DNA of 63,707 nt, filler included, from Octopus bimaculoides (taxonomy: Eukaryota): the NCBI RefSeq assembly GCF_001194135.2. It is 6 parts of 5 records of this genome, joined end to end, with 100 filler letters (N's around TTAATTAATTAA, not from the genome) between each part and the next. Parts side by side here need not be neighbours in the genome. Positions count along the whole stretch, not along the records: positions 1 to 22,502 come from NC_068984.1; 5 more parts are not named here. One strand, given 5' to 3'. A program made the position numbers and the translations under genes. The notes under the pieces were generated by a model. The model searched no databases. It worked only from the letters and a program-made list of their open reading frames with translations, and had not been told where the DNA came from. Of the stretch, positions 9,641 through 21,995 are shown in pieces. Positions within the stretch are counted from its first letter, which is position 1. The number at the start of each line of letters is the position of its first letter.

Positions 9641-11229
9641 TGTGTGTGTCTACGTATATACACACACACACACACCACGCATGTAGGTGTGTGTGCGTGC
9701 ACGTACACATACGCACATACACACTCCACTGTGTGTGAGTGTGTGTGGGGTGTCTGTGTCTGTGTATTCACCACACCGCATGACAACCGATGTTGGTGTG
9801 TTTACGAATCCGTAACTTAGCGGTTCTGCAAAAAGAGTCCGATACAATAAGTAACATGCTTTTAAAGCAGATAAGTACCGGGATCAATTCATTCGAATAA
9901 AAATTCAAGTTGGTGCCCCAGCATGGCCGCAATCTAATGACTGAAACAAGTAAAATGATTTTTAAATAAATAAAAAAGATTAGCAATGAGCACTGAATCT
10001 GTGGAACTCCAGGCTTGTGAGGCTCGTGGAGGCTCGTGTGGGTCGTGCGGCCCATGAGGCCCCTAGGCCTAAGGGAACCTTAGACTAGTAGGTCCACCCG
10101 GTCAACCTTAAAACAGCACTGTCGTCACTTAAGGACAATCAAGGAATTGCACAAATCCTGGATTAACACAAAACGTGTCATAAAACGTGCCTTCTTTTAG
10201 TTGTTCGCTTCCTGGTTGGAAATGTATTATCAGGGCAGGTCCATTTTCACTGCACTCACTCACTGGTCATAAAACACAATCTAAGACAGCTCACACACAC
10301 ACACCCGCCTCTACCATTCACCTTTCTCAAATGGTACTTAAGGAAGTTGGTGACTACTTGTCTAGTGGGGAAAACCAGGTGTCGCCAAACTATCAATCAT
10401 CTTCTACACGATAATCATCCTAATTGAAGAAGGCTATCTGGCCTTCCGTTTCAAAAGGTGACAAATCTATTTTTACTGTAATCAGCTCTGCCCTACACGT
10501 GATAGCAACTGTTCGATACAAACCAGTATATCGGCAGAGAATGGACATTGAACGAGACCGTCGTGCAAATGAGGGTGAGACGAGTCGTTGCAAGAAGCCT
10601 TTATCGAGTCGGTAAGAAGAAAAAGGAAAAAGAAAAAAAGAAAAAGAAATCAGTTGTTCCAAACTGAAAACTAGAAGATTCGATGAGGACACAGAAAGTA
10701 CGTCGCCCAACTTGTCAGCGAAACCACCACCATCACAACAATAACAACAAACAGCAATGGAGTGAATCAACTGACTGCCATTATAAATATCATATAACAC
10801 ACACACTCTCACACATCCACACTTAGATACAGACACGTACAAACACAGGTTCAAAGAAATGTACATAGACATACATACATATATACATACAGACACACAC
10901 ACATGCGCGCACATACAACACTCACACACATACAAATACATACGCACATACACATGCAAACACATACACATAAACACATATATACACGCGCACACACTCA
11001 CAAACACATAAATATACATATACATGCGCACACACAGACACACACACAATGCAATCGTGATGTCATAAGAATTCGAGAGAGTGCAAAATAATTCCCCTTA
11101 GAACTGGTTATCGAAGTACATAAATGTTGGTTGAGAAACCCCCTTGTATGGAAAAGCCTTTGACCTTTTCTTTCCAGAAGGGGTTTTAAACCAATATTTC
11201 CTTTTTCTTTTTCTTTTCATGTTACTGCC

Positions 11230-11433
11230 CACACAGAGAGGACAAACAAGGACAGACAAACGGATTAAGTCGATTATACCGACCCCAGTGCGTAACTGGT
11301 ACTTATTTAATCGACCCCGAAAGGATGAAAGGCAAAATCGACCTCGGCGGAATTTGAACTCAGAACGTAGCGGCAGACGAAATACCGCTAAGCATTTCGC
11401 CCGGCGTGCTAACGTTTCTGCCAGCTCGCCACC
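11230..11433 (-). mobile_element. tRNA-headed SINE family B, young copy
   Basis: Head GGTGGCGAGCTGGCAGAAACGTTAGCACGCCGGGCG, B-box-like GAGTTCAAATTCC, core gactttgcctttcatcctttcggggtcgat...aagtaccag. More than 15 further copies or fragments occur in the window. Confidence 0.85.
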
Positions 11434-11977
11434 TATTGGTTTTAAAACAATATTTCCATGTTGGTATTCATAGCATTTATGTGCTTCGCGAACCAATTCC
11501 AAAGCACAGGTTTATATATATAAATATACGATCATCTTTCTCTTCCTCTACGGACGTTCAAAGGACTGGACGTTTTTTTTCTCTCTCTTCTATCTTTTCT
11601 CTTTTCTATTTTTGGTTTATAGGGGCTTTGCTTTTTTTTTCCTTCATTCTTTACAAGCTTATAAACAGGTCTTTGTTATCTTTGTCAGAGGAATAAACTC
11701 AGATACAGAAATCAACGGAGATAATGAGTCTCGTTAAAACGGACTCCTCGCGACGACTAGAATACCTAGTGGTTCACTTTTGCTCTTTAGGTCTACATCC
11801 CACAATCTCATCACTTTTTCTAAAAAGCATGGGTTAAGAAGCTCTCTTGGCAATCGCGTAGTTTCAAGTTCAGTCCCATTGTGTGACACCATGGGCAAGC
11901 GTCTTCTACTATAACTCCGGACCGACCAAATACCTTGTGAATAAACTTGACAGACGGAAACTATGTGGAAGCCTGTC

Positions 11978-12032
<55 letters not shown>

Positions 12033-12199
12033 CATGTTTGTACTTGTTCCCTCCTCTCCCTGCACAGCTTGACTTTGCCTTTCATCCGGGGTCGATTTTG
12101 TCTTTCATCCTTTCGATAAAACACGTACCAGTTGAGTACTGGCCTTGTGCTAAAATTTGAAACTAATATCTGACCAAGGTTTCTTCGTTCTGCAGTATT

Positions 12200-12790
12200 T
12201 GGTATATCATTCTCTAGATGTTAATTTTCATTGTTCAACAGTTGATGAATTTCCTTTCATCGTTTCTAAAGAGTTTGATCTACCGAAACCGATAAACTTT
12301 TTCTTTATATTTACCATTTTTGCCAGACTTTCCTTCAATTTTTGTCTTATCTCTTCTTCAACAGCCTGTTATCTTCTGTGTACAAAGATTTATTCTTTGA
12401 AGATCATCCCAACATCTTTCTTTCACCAAGTTCTTTGCAGTTAACACTTATTCCTCTTAGATCATTACTGAGCTACTTAACTTAATTCTCCAGTCTCATT
12501 TTCCACTATGTGTCTTTGATTCTCTTTCTCTTCTTCTTCTCTCCGCTCCTTTCAACTCCAAGAATTTACCACAGCCACAGCGGCTACACAGTAAATGAGA
12601 TCATTTCTTCTGTTATATTTTCAACTTTGATCTTCACTAATAACTTAATTCAGCTTCTTTACAGCTTTAACTAGCTTTTCACTTTCAAATCATCTCAAAG
12701 CTGATAATTTCGTTCAATTTCTACACCCTGTCCCATTCAAATGTTGAAGTAAGTTTCTTTCATCTTCTATAATATTCCTTTCCCCCTATG
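12200..12790 (-). mobile_element. Decayed R4/Dong-like (RLE-type) LINE, pre-RT region
   Basis: Degenerate translation resembles NITE-NDLIYCVAAV...RRRRK...EEIRQKLK...FR*N, the motifs upstream of RT in RLE LINEs. Recognised from memory. Confidence 0.45.
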
Positions 12791-12850
12791 AAGTAAGACC
12801 TTGTTTCCACACTCATCACTACTTTTTTTTTTTTTTACCCCCAGATGATT

Positions 12851-13267
12851 CTCTCTTTTACTCTCTTTTACTTGTTTCAGTCATTTGACTGCGGCCATGC
12901 TGGAGCACCGCCTTTAGTCGAGCAAATCCACCCCAGGACTTATTCTTTGTAAGCCTAGTACTTATTCTATTGGTCTCTTTTACCGAACCGCTAAGCTGTG
13001 GAGACGTAAACACACCAGCATCGGTTGTCAAGCGATGTTGGGGGGGGGGACAAACACAGACACACAAACACACATACACATATATATATACATATACATA
13101 TACATATATACGACGGTCTTCTTTCAGTTTCCGTCTACCAAATCCACTCACAAGGCTTTGGTCGACCCGAGGCTATAGTAGAAGACACTTGCCCAAGGTG
13201 CCACGCAGTGGGATTGAACCCGGAACCATCTGGTTGGTAAGCAAGCTACTTACCACACAGCCACTCC
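12851..13267 (-). mobile_element. Full-length SINE family A
   Basis: tRNA-like head GGAGTGGCTGTGTGGTAAG...GGGTTCAATCCC, internal (TA)/(TG) microsatellite, tail ggcggtgctccagcatggccgcagtcaaatgactgaaacaag followed by (AAAGAGT)-like repeats. Confidence 0.88.
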
Positions 13268-14823
13268 ACTGATCTTTTTGTAATTCCTTGTTCAATTTCC
13301 TCTTCTATTGACCCATATCCTTCATCTTCCACACAGAGGCGTTACCAGGTTCTAAAGTTGTTATTTAGCTTCAAATAAACCCTGATACTGCAAACGTATC
13401 ATCAAAAACATTTCAGCCTTCAGCAAACCGTCTTTTTAGGGATAATCTAGGACATTACATACAATGGGCGTATGATTTAGGTAGAGGGATACTTTGGTTG
13501 CTATTTTTAGCGTGTCGAGCGATCAGGTAGAGGCTCTTTCATTGGTTCGATTTCGTGATGAGATTTTTTTTACACATATATGTAATATGTATATATATAT
13601 CATCGGCAGAAGTTAGAGAGTAAGTCAAAAGCTGAGAGTTTCGTGTATTGGCACCTATCAAACACGAATCTGTCCATTGTCACTCTGTAACTTCTGACGA
13701 AATAACTTCTAAAATACAAAATCTTGTCAAAAACGTTAAGAATAAACCCTGTTCTATGTGACATATTCTACCAGTATCGGAAGTTTGAAAGTGTTTAGTT
13801 AAAAAAAAAATTAATTAAATAATCTGTACGTCAAAGTCAACCTCGGAAGAATTTGAATTCAGGGGATAAAGACAGACGAAATACCGTTAACGTTTCTGCC
13901 AGCTCGCCACCATAGAAAAATAAGCATTCATTTTAGAAATATATTCTTTATTCTTATTGATGAAGCATCATTCCCTTACTTCTTTACTTACTGACATGAA
14001 ATTTCGTAATATTTTACCTCATAACTCTTTTTCTACTAATTTTTGCNNNNNNNNNNAGTGTTTAGTTAAAAAAAAAATTAATTAAATAATCTGTACGTCA
14101 AAGTCAACCTCGGAAGAATTTGAATTCAGGGGATAAAGACAGACGAAATACCGTTAACGTTTCTGCCAGCTCGCCACCATAGAAAAATAAGCATTCATTT
14201 TAGAAATATATTCTTTATTCTTATTGATGAAGCATCATTCCCTTACTTCTTTACTTACTGACATGAAATTTCGTAATATTTTACCTCATAACTCTTTTTC
14301 TACTAATTTTTGCTCAATGCGACTAGCGGTTCTGAATTCCTCATGCATTTTTCTATCATTTAAGCCCAAGAAAAGTATTCTTTTAATTTAAAATTAAGAA
14401 ATTTATGTTGATTGAAGATGAATATCTGCCTTACTGCTCCCATTGAGGTGGCAGATATTTTGATGTAACTTTTTCTGTTGAACCAAATCTCAAACTATTT
14501 ATGCCAAAGTGTAGCTGAGGAGGTGTCCCCTTTAAAACTATTAACAGTTTGCAATTTAGTTGAGAACTTAATTAGTGGTGAAGCTTGGAAGCTACTGCAA
14601 CTGACGAAATGGTGGACTTAAGAATATATTCAACCACTACCGTAGTTGAATGATAAGTTGAAAAATTAATTTTCATCTAACATTACACTCATAAAGATGC
14701 CTGTGGTGATAACGAGACTTAACCATCTCTTTTTTCTTTTTATCGAAATACCATCTGTGGGGGAGCAAGCAGCCAAGTCTAAAGGAGCCCTTTTGTCAAA
14801 TCGGTATTTCACTGTCTCAAGTT

Positions 14824-14844
14824 ATCATCATCATCATCATCATT

Positions 14845-14900
<56 letters not shown>
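14824..14900. repeat. (ATC)n microsatellite
   Basis: About 25 near-perfect units. Confidence 0.95.
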
Positions 14901-15204
14901 TATTAAAGGCGTTGAGCTGGAAAAATCGTAAGCACGCCGGACAAAATGCTTACGTGTATTTCGTCCGGCTCTATGCCTTCTGAGTTCTAATCCCACTGAG
15001 CTCAACTTTGCCTTTCTTTGTCTTGGGGTGGTCAACTTTGCCTCTCATTGTTTTGAGGTGGTCAACTTTACCTTTCATTGTTTTGGGGTATCAATCAGAC
15101 ACTAGGATCGAACCTATGTTATCGACTAAACCCATCCAGTAAATATTCCTGGCCGTGTGCCAAAATTAAACAGAGTTATTAATTACTAAAACTATTGATT
15201 AGTT

Positions 15205-15830
15205 AGCAGGGAAGTTGTCTTGAGGTTCGGTAACAACAAGTCTCCTCAAATCTCAAGAATCTTTCTGAGATTTCTTACAGAATACAGGATTGCATTTTTC
15301 TTGAGGTCGACAATGCATGTCCCAATTCGAATGTCCTCAAGTCTCTTGTGTAGCAGTTTAGATGTTGTGCCAAGTGCACCAATTACCTCAGTGATAACCA
15401 CCGTCTTTATCTTCCACACTCTCTTCATCCCTCTGGTTACGTCCTGGTATTTTTTTCAATTTGTTTGATATCCACTTTATATTATTGCAAACATCATGAT
15501 CTCACACATTTTTTTTTTTTTCTGGTCCTTTTTTCATATCAGGTCTTGTTGCTTTAATAGTATTTTCAGCTCTTATGGAGAAGTCTCATAAAATCCTTTA
15601 ACGATTGTTCTTTTATCACAGCTTCTGGCTTGTGTCCATACTAATTTTCTACTGCTTCGAATCCACACGCTGGACTAACATCACAATTCCCTCTTTACAG
15701 ATACAGTCATGCTTATATTTATACTCTTTTTGTGCTAGCTTACCATATTCACTCAAAAGAAGTATTATTGATAATATCTCATATTTTGATTTCTTACTGT
15801 TACCAGGGCAGACACGGTCAGTTTGTGATA
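15205..15830 (-). mobile_element. Decayed RLE-type LINE 3' end (CCHC remnant plus restriction-like endonuclease), R4/Dong-like
   Basis: Manual translation gives SEYGKLAQKEY, HKPEAVI, TIKATRPD, KKYQD, RVWKIKTVV...VIGALG and LRKILEI*. Confidence 0.8.
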
Positions 15831-16244
15831 TTCTATATATATATTTAAAAGAGCAATATCTACAGCTATTATATGTATCTGTATGGATTATACAGAAATG
15901 TGGCCTGAGAGTTTATTGTAAGGGTCAGCTCAATGGCCAGTACTCTGTTTTACAGTGGGCCAGGTTATACAGGGCGATATCAGGTATTTTCCCTGTCGGA
16001 ATAACTTCCCATTTATTTCTACTAATAGATGAGGGAGCAAAGAGATCTATTCTCGGGTAAATTGGAGAACAACATGTTCTGTGCGGTTGAATAGAATACA
16101 ATCATTTTTTTTCCTTTTCATACATTTATACATTATTTTCAAAATTGCTTTCTGTAAATTGTTTTTCAGCAAAATCATTTAGTGGGAGAACTTATGTTAC
16201 TGCGGCATAACGTTTCTTTGTATTACGAATGAATCTATTACTAG

Positions 16245-16445
16245 AAAGCTGGTGAGCTAACAGACTCGCTAGCACGCCGGACAAAATGTTTAGCTGCATT
16301 ACTTCAATTTTACATTCTGAGTTCAAATTCTGCCAAGGTTGACTTTGTATTTTATCTTTCGGGGTCGATAAAATAAAGTACCAGTCAAGCTTTGGGGTCA
16401 ATATAATCGACAAGCCTCTCTCCCAAAATTACTGCCCTTGTGCCA
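16245..16445 (+). mobile_element. SINE family B
   Basis: Head and core motifs as at 11230-11433. Confidence 0.75.
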
Positions 16446-16459
16446 ATAATCTTTTCTAC

Positions 16460-16655
16460 TCTAGGCACAATGCTCGAAATTTTGGGGGAAGGGGCCCGTC
16501 GATTAGATTGACCCCAGTACACAACTGGTACTTAATTTATCGACCTCCAAAGGACGAAAGACAAAGTCGATCTCGGTGGAATTTGAATTCAGAACGTAAA
16601 GACAGACGCTAAACGTTTTGCCCGGCGGGCTAACATTTCTGCCAGCTCACCGCCT
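16460..16655 (-). mobile_element. SINE family B, inverted relative to the adjacent copy
   Basis: Reverse-complement head ...ttctgccagctcaccgcc and core motifs. Confidence 0.8.
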
Positions 16656-18240
16656 TCCTTGTGCCAATAATAGAAAAAAGAAAAGAGGCAGCGAGCTGGC
16701 AGAATCGTTAGCGCACCAGACAAAATGCTATCCGGCATTTTTACGATCTGAGTTCAAATTACTCCTCCCCTCAAAATGGCTAGTTTTGTGCCAAAATTAA
16801 AAAGAATTATTAGTTGTATTCGTATTATTGCAGCTTCTGCTTTGGTTGGTTCTTAAGTGTGTAAGTTATATGTATTGTAGGCACAGCGCATTATTTCTTG
16901 GCTGCAAGAACTCTATGCTAGCTTTTGTGCAGTACTTAAGGCCATCTACAGGCTGTACAAAACAGCTAATGGAATATCCGCTATGACATATTATTGGTGG
17001 AAGTAAGGTAATGGAATAAATAACGAAGGGCCTCTACGATTAACCCTAATACCAACAAAGAAGAATGTTAAAATTGGAGCGTTAAACTCGGTGTGTTAAC
17101 AAAGTGAATTTCAAGTTGAGGATAAATAATCGATAGCATATCAAATTAGAGGCTTGCCATTTTGCTAGAAAGAGTAGTCACAGTTTGTAATAAGAAAGAC
17201 GCTATAGTGGGGCAGATAATTGAGTGTGTTTCATATGTGGAGAGAACAATAACCTCCATTCATTACATGTCTATGAGATTATATAGAAATGTGACTTGCT
17301 GAACATTACAGTGCGGCTGCAGCTTCATAGTTTGTACTTGCAAGTTCTAGCTGCTTTTGTTTGTGTTGTCTGCCATTCCATTGATCGGGTTCAACGTCCT
17401 GTGAGTGAAACTTAGATGAGAGTGAGAGATTAAACGTGGCTGAATGAAATTATTCTACCTTTCTTTTTCTTTAAGCAGTCATCTGCCATATAATCTTTTA
17501 TTTCTTTTCCCTTTTTTCATTAATAATTTTAAATCGAACTTTGTCAATGAAATAACAGAATTTCATCGAAACCTTCTTTAATATATACAAAAAAATTTTT
17601 TTTAAATCAACGAACACCCTAAAACCATTTCACACACACGCACACACGTGCGCGCGCGCATAGCCTGTGACATCACATGCACACGCCTTCATTCATACGC
17701 TCACATTTAACTCCTACGCGCGCGCGCACACAGCCACACACATACAGCCACACACATACAGCGACACACACACATGTATCTGGCAAATAGCTAAAATTAA
17801 TCATTCAAAAAGTGAAATATATGCAAAGCTTGCAGAAAATAGAATAGTACAAAAAAGGTATATTATTCAGAATTTTAAATAATTTTTGTAATATTTTGTT
17901 CATTAAAACATTAGCGGCAAAATGCTTTGTAGCATTTTCTCCGGACCATTACATTCTGAGTTCAAATCCTGCCGAGGACAACTCTGCCTTTTATTCTTTC
18001 GGCGTCGATAAGATACGTACCAGTCGAGCACTGGGGTCGATATAATCGACTAGCACTTCCCCACAAAATTACAGAAAGAATTATCATTGTTGTTATTCCG
18101 CCGAGGTCGACTTTGCATTTCGTTCGTTAGGGCTCGATGAAATAAGTACCACTTGTGTACTGGGGTCGAGGTAATCGACTATCCCCCTTCCCCCAAATTT
18201 CAGACCTTATGCCTAATAGTTGATAGGATTATTATTATTA

Positions 18241-18525
18241 TTACCTCCGCCTTCGCTAAGGCGGAGGTATTGTTTCAGTCGTGTTTGTTTGTTTGTTTGT
18301 CCGTGAACAAGATATCTCAAGAACCGCTGGATGGATTCGGATGAAACTTTCAGGGATGTTTGGCCTCGTGACTGGCACGAACTGATTAGATTTTGAGATT
18401 GATCTGGAACCGGATAAGGGTTCTGGATTATTTTTCCTGTTTTCTTACTTAATTTTCTTGAGAGCAGTCGAGTTCACTTTTACTACTCTTGTTTGTGAGA
18501 GCAGTCGAGTTTATTTCAGATATTC
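18241..18525 (+). mobile_element. Helentron-associated non-autonomous element (DINE-1/HINE-like), truncated by a gap
   Basis: 5' hairpin TACCTCCGCCTT-cgct-AAGGCGGAGGTA, then (TTTG)n, then gatggattcggatgaaacttt. This is the typical HINE layout. Confidence 0.6.
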
Positions 18526-20080
18526 NNNNNNNNNNNNNNNNNNNNNNNNNNNNNNNNNNNNNNNNNNNNNNNNNNNNNNNNNNNNNNNNNNNNNNNNNNN
18601 NNNNNNNNNNNNNNNNNNNNNNNNNNNNNNNNNNNNNNNNNNNNNNNNNNNNNNNNNNNNNNNNNNNNNNNNNNNNNNNNNNNNNNNNNNNNNNNNNNNN
18701 NNNNNNNNNNNNNNNNNNNNNNNNNNNNNNNNNNNNNNNNNNNNNNNNNNNNNNNNNNNNNNNNNNNNNNNNNNNNNNNNNNNNNNNNNNNNNNNNNNNN
18801 NNNNNNNNNNNNNNNNNNNNNNNNNNNNNNNNNNNNNNNNNNNNNNNNNNNNNNNNNNNNNNNNNNNNNNNNNNNNNNNNNNNNNNNNNNNNNNNNNNNN
18901 NNNNNNNNNNNNNNNNNNNNNNNNNNNNNNNNNNNNNNNNNNNNNNNNNNNNNNNNNNNNNNNNNNNNNNNNNNNNNNNNNNNNNNNNNNNNNNNNNNNN
19001 NNNNNNNNNNNNNNNNNNNNNNNNNNNNNNNNNNNNNNNNNNNNNNNNNNNNNNNNNNNNNNNNNNNNNNNNNNNNNNNNNNNNNNNNNNNNNNNNNNNN
19101 NNNNNNNNNNNNNNNNNNNNNNNNNNNNNNNNNNNNNNNNNNNNNNNNNNNNNNNNNNNNNNNNNNNNNNNNNNNNNNNNNNNNNNNNNNNNNNNNNNNN
19201 NNNNNNNNNNNNNNNNNNNNNNNNNNNNNNNNNNNNNNNNNNNNNNNNNNNNNNNNNNNNNNNNNNNNNNNNNNNNNNNNNNNNNNNNNNNNNNNNNNNN
19301 NNNNNNNNNNNNNNNNNNNNNNNNNNNNNNNNNNNNNNNNNNNNNNNNNNNNNNNNNNNNNNNNNNNNNNNNNNNNNNNNNNNNNNNNNNNNNNNNNNNN
19401 NNNNNNNNNNNNNNNNNNNNNNNNNNNNNNNNNNNNNNATATATATATATATACATATATACGACGGGCTTTTTCAGTTTCCGTCTACCAAATCCACTCA
19501 CAAGGCTTTGGTCGGCCCAGGGCTATAGTAGAAGACACTTTGCCCAAGGTGCCACGCAGTGGGACTGAACCCAGAACCATGTGGTTGGTAAGCAAGCTAG
19601 GTTTCAGTTTTATTTGTGAAATACAGTTGTTTTGAACTTGCTGTAGAAAGTGGATCTATATTTGTAACGGGGAGCGGAAGGGTGGTGCGGGAGAGGGAGG
19701 GGCGTTAGGAATGTGGCCTGAAAAAGTTTGGGAACTGCTGGTTTAAAGTATTTGATTTCTTTGATGTTAAAAGGAAGATTTCAATGAAATACTTCGAAGC
19801 GTGATTTCTTTCGTAAGTAAAGAAATAAAAGAGAAGGCGAGTAACAAAAGGATTGTCTTAAGGAAAGAAAATGTGGAATAAATCAAATATTTTAGTCGTG
19901 TTTCTTTGTGTTCGGAGTTCAAACCCTGCCGGTGTCGATGTTGACGTTCTTTCTCCCGTTGTCCGTAAAATAAGTACCAGCTCAGTACGTAGCTAGATTT
20001 TTAAAACATAGCCGAATATAGTAGTATCAGTCAAATACGCAAAAGTGATGCTTAGAAAAAATAGTTTTAATAAAACAACT

Positions 20081-20288
20081 AACATAAAGGATAGTTATAA
20101 TAAAAGTACATAAAGGATAGTTCTAATAAAAGTACATAAAGGATAGTTATAATAAAAGTACATAAAGGATAGTTATAATAAAAGTACATAAAGGATAGTT
20201 ATAATAAAAGTACATAAAGGATAGTTATAATAAAAGTACATAAAGGATAGTTATAATAAAAGTACATAAAGGATAGTTATAATAAAAT
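20081..20288. repeat. 26-bp minisatellite, about 7.7 copies
   Basis: Unit TAAAAGTACATAAAGGATAGTTATAA, nearly invariant. Confidence 0.95.
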
Positions 20289-20301
20289 ACAATCCAATCT
20301 A

Positions 20302-20455
20302 CCGTGTTTGCCGGCGTATAAGACGTATCCTCGCATAAGACGTATCTTCGCATAAGACGTATCTTCGCATAAGACGTATCCTCGCACAAGACGTATCCTC
20401 GCATAAGACGCAGCCCGAGTTTTCAAAGCGATTTCGCAGGGAAAAATGAAATTTA
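20302..20455 (+). mobile_element. pogo/Tc1-mariner-type terminus with an internal 17-bp tandem array
   Basis: TA|CCGTGTTTGCCGGCGTATAAGACG terminus, then (ATAAGACGTATCYTCGC)x5 plus ATAAGACGC. The partner TIR is not seen. Confidence 0.55.
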
Positions 20456-20497
20456 GCATCTTTCATAGGCATGGTTGTGTGGTAAGAAGCTTGTTTA

Positions 20498-20710
20498 AAG
20501 GCGGCGAGCTAGCAAAACGTTAGCACGCCGAGCGAAATGCTTAGCGGTATTTCGTCTACCGTTACGTTCTGAGTTCAAATTCCGCCGAGGTCGACTTTGC
20601 TTTTCATCCTTTCGGAGTCGATAAATTAAGTACCAGTTGCGTATTGGAGTCGATCTAATCGACTGGCCCCTTCCCCCAAAATTTTGACCTTTTGCCTGGA
20701 GTAGAAAAGA
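20498..20710 (+). mobile_element. SINE family B
   Basis: Near-consensus head, B box and core. Confidence 0.85.
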
Positions 20711-21407
20711 ATACTGCGACACTGTACGAGAATAAAGTATGAAATCATATAACGTAACTTATTTAAAAAATAAAACAAATATTTCTTAACGGTAATACAG
20801 TTATTAAAATAAGACATGTATTAGATTTANNNNNNNNNNNNNNNNNNNNNNNNNNNNNNNNNNNNNNNNNNNNNNNNNNNNNNNNNNNNNNNNNNNNNNN
20901 NNNNNNNNNNNNNNNNNNNNNNNNNNNNNNNNNNNNNNNNNNNNNNNNNNNNNNNNNNNNNNNNNNNNNNNNNNNNNNNNNNNNNNNNNNNNNNNNNNNN
21001 NNNNNNNNNNNNNNNNNNNNNNNNNNNNNNNNNNNNNNNNNNNNNNNNNNNNNNNNNNNNNNNNNNNNNNNNNNNNNNNNNNNNNNNNNNNNNNNNNNNN
21101 NNNNNNNNNNNNNNNNNNNNNNNNNNNNNNNNNNNNNNNNNNNNNNNNNNNNNNNNNNNNNNNNNNNNNNNNNNNNNNNNNNNNNNNNNNNNNNNNNNNN
21201 NNNNNNNNNNNNNNNNNNNNNNNNNNNNNNNNNNNNNNNNNNNNNNNNNNNNNNNNNNNNNNNNNNNNNNNNNNNNNNNNNNNNNNNNNNNNNNNNNNNN
21301 NNNNNNNNNNNNNNNNNNNNNNNNNNNNNNNNNNNNNNNNNNNNNNNNNNNNNNNNNNNNNNNNNNNNNNNNNNNNNNNNNNNNNNNNNNNNNNNNNNNN
21401 NNNNNNT

Positions 21408-21550
21408 AACTTAGCGGTTCGGCAAAACAGACCGATAGAATAAGTACTAGGCTTACAAAGAATAAGTCTTGGGGTCGATTTGCTCGACTAAAGGCGGTGC
21501 TCCAGCATGGCCACAGTCAAATGACTGAAACAAGTAAAAGAGAGAAAAGA
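21408..21550 (+). mobile_element. SINE family A 3' half
   Basis: taacttagcggttcggcaaa...ggcggtgctccagcatggcc...gaaacaagtaaaagag. Confidence 0.8.
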
Positions 21551-21577
21551 GTGTTTCATACGTTCTGAGTTTTATCG

Positions 21578-21995
21578 TTTATCTTTTACTTGTTTCAGTC
21601 AATTTTGACTACGGCCATGCTGGAGCACCGCCTTGAAGGGTTTTAGTCAAATAAGTCGGCCTCAAGACTTATTTTTTAAAGCTTGGTACTTATTCTGTCG
21701 GTACTTTTTGCCGAACCGCTAGATTACGGGGACGTAAGCACACCAACACAGGTCATCGAGCAGTGATGGAGGGCAAACACAGACACAAAGACACATACAC
21801 ATAGATATATACATATATATAAATATATATGCGACGAGCTTCTTTCAGTTTCCTTCTACCAAATCTGTTCACAAGGTTGTGGTCAGCCCGAAGTTATAGT
21901 AGAAAACACTAGCCCGAGGTGCTACGTAGTGGGACTGAACCCGAAACCATGTGGTTGAGAAGCAAGCTTCTTACCACACAGCCACGCCTGCACCT
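21578..21995 (-). mobile_element. Full-length SINE family A
   Basis: Head, internal microsatellite and tail as at 12851-13267. Confidence 0.85.

Noticed and set aside
13635-13700. GTTTCGTGT...ACACG hairpin as a minus-strand hammerhead
   Set aside because: GAAA and a helix are present, but there is no CUGANGA box or U16.1 pairing. At best a decayed relic.
13791-14313. Exact direct duplication of about 255 bp around a 10-N gap (also 26866-26995, 32020-32150, 3600-3690)
   Set aside because: Identical overlapping contig ends, an assembly artefact.
18449-19568. Long ORFs of 250-390 aa here and at 23504-24446, 28506-29396 and 55659-56850
   Set aside because: They run through N gaps and (TA)n/(CA)n tracts and are not real coding sequence.
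19700-19748. hAT-like right end AAAAAGTTTGGGAACTGCTG
   Set aside because: No matching left TIR or TSD is visible, so it is too little to call as an element.
20081-20411. Regular short repeats (26, 17, 19 and 62 bp units) as CRISPR-like arrays
   Set aside because: Head-to-tail units with no unique spacers, no cas genes, and a eukaryotic context.
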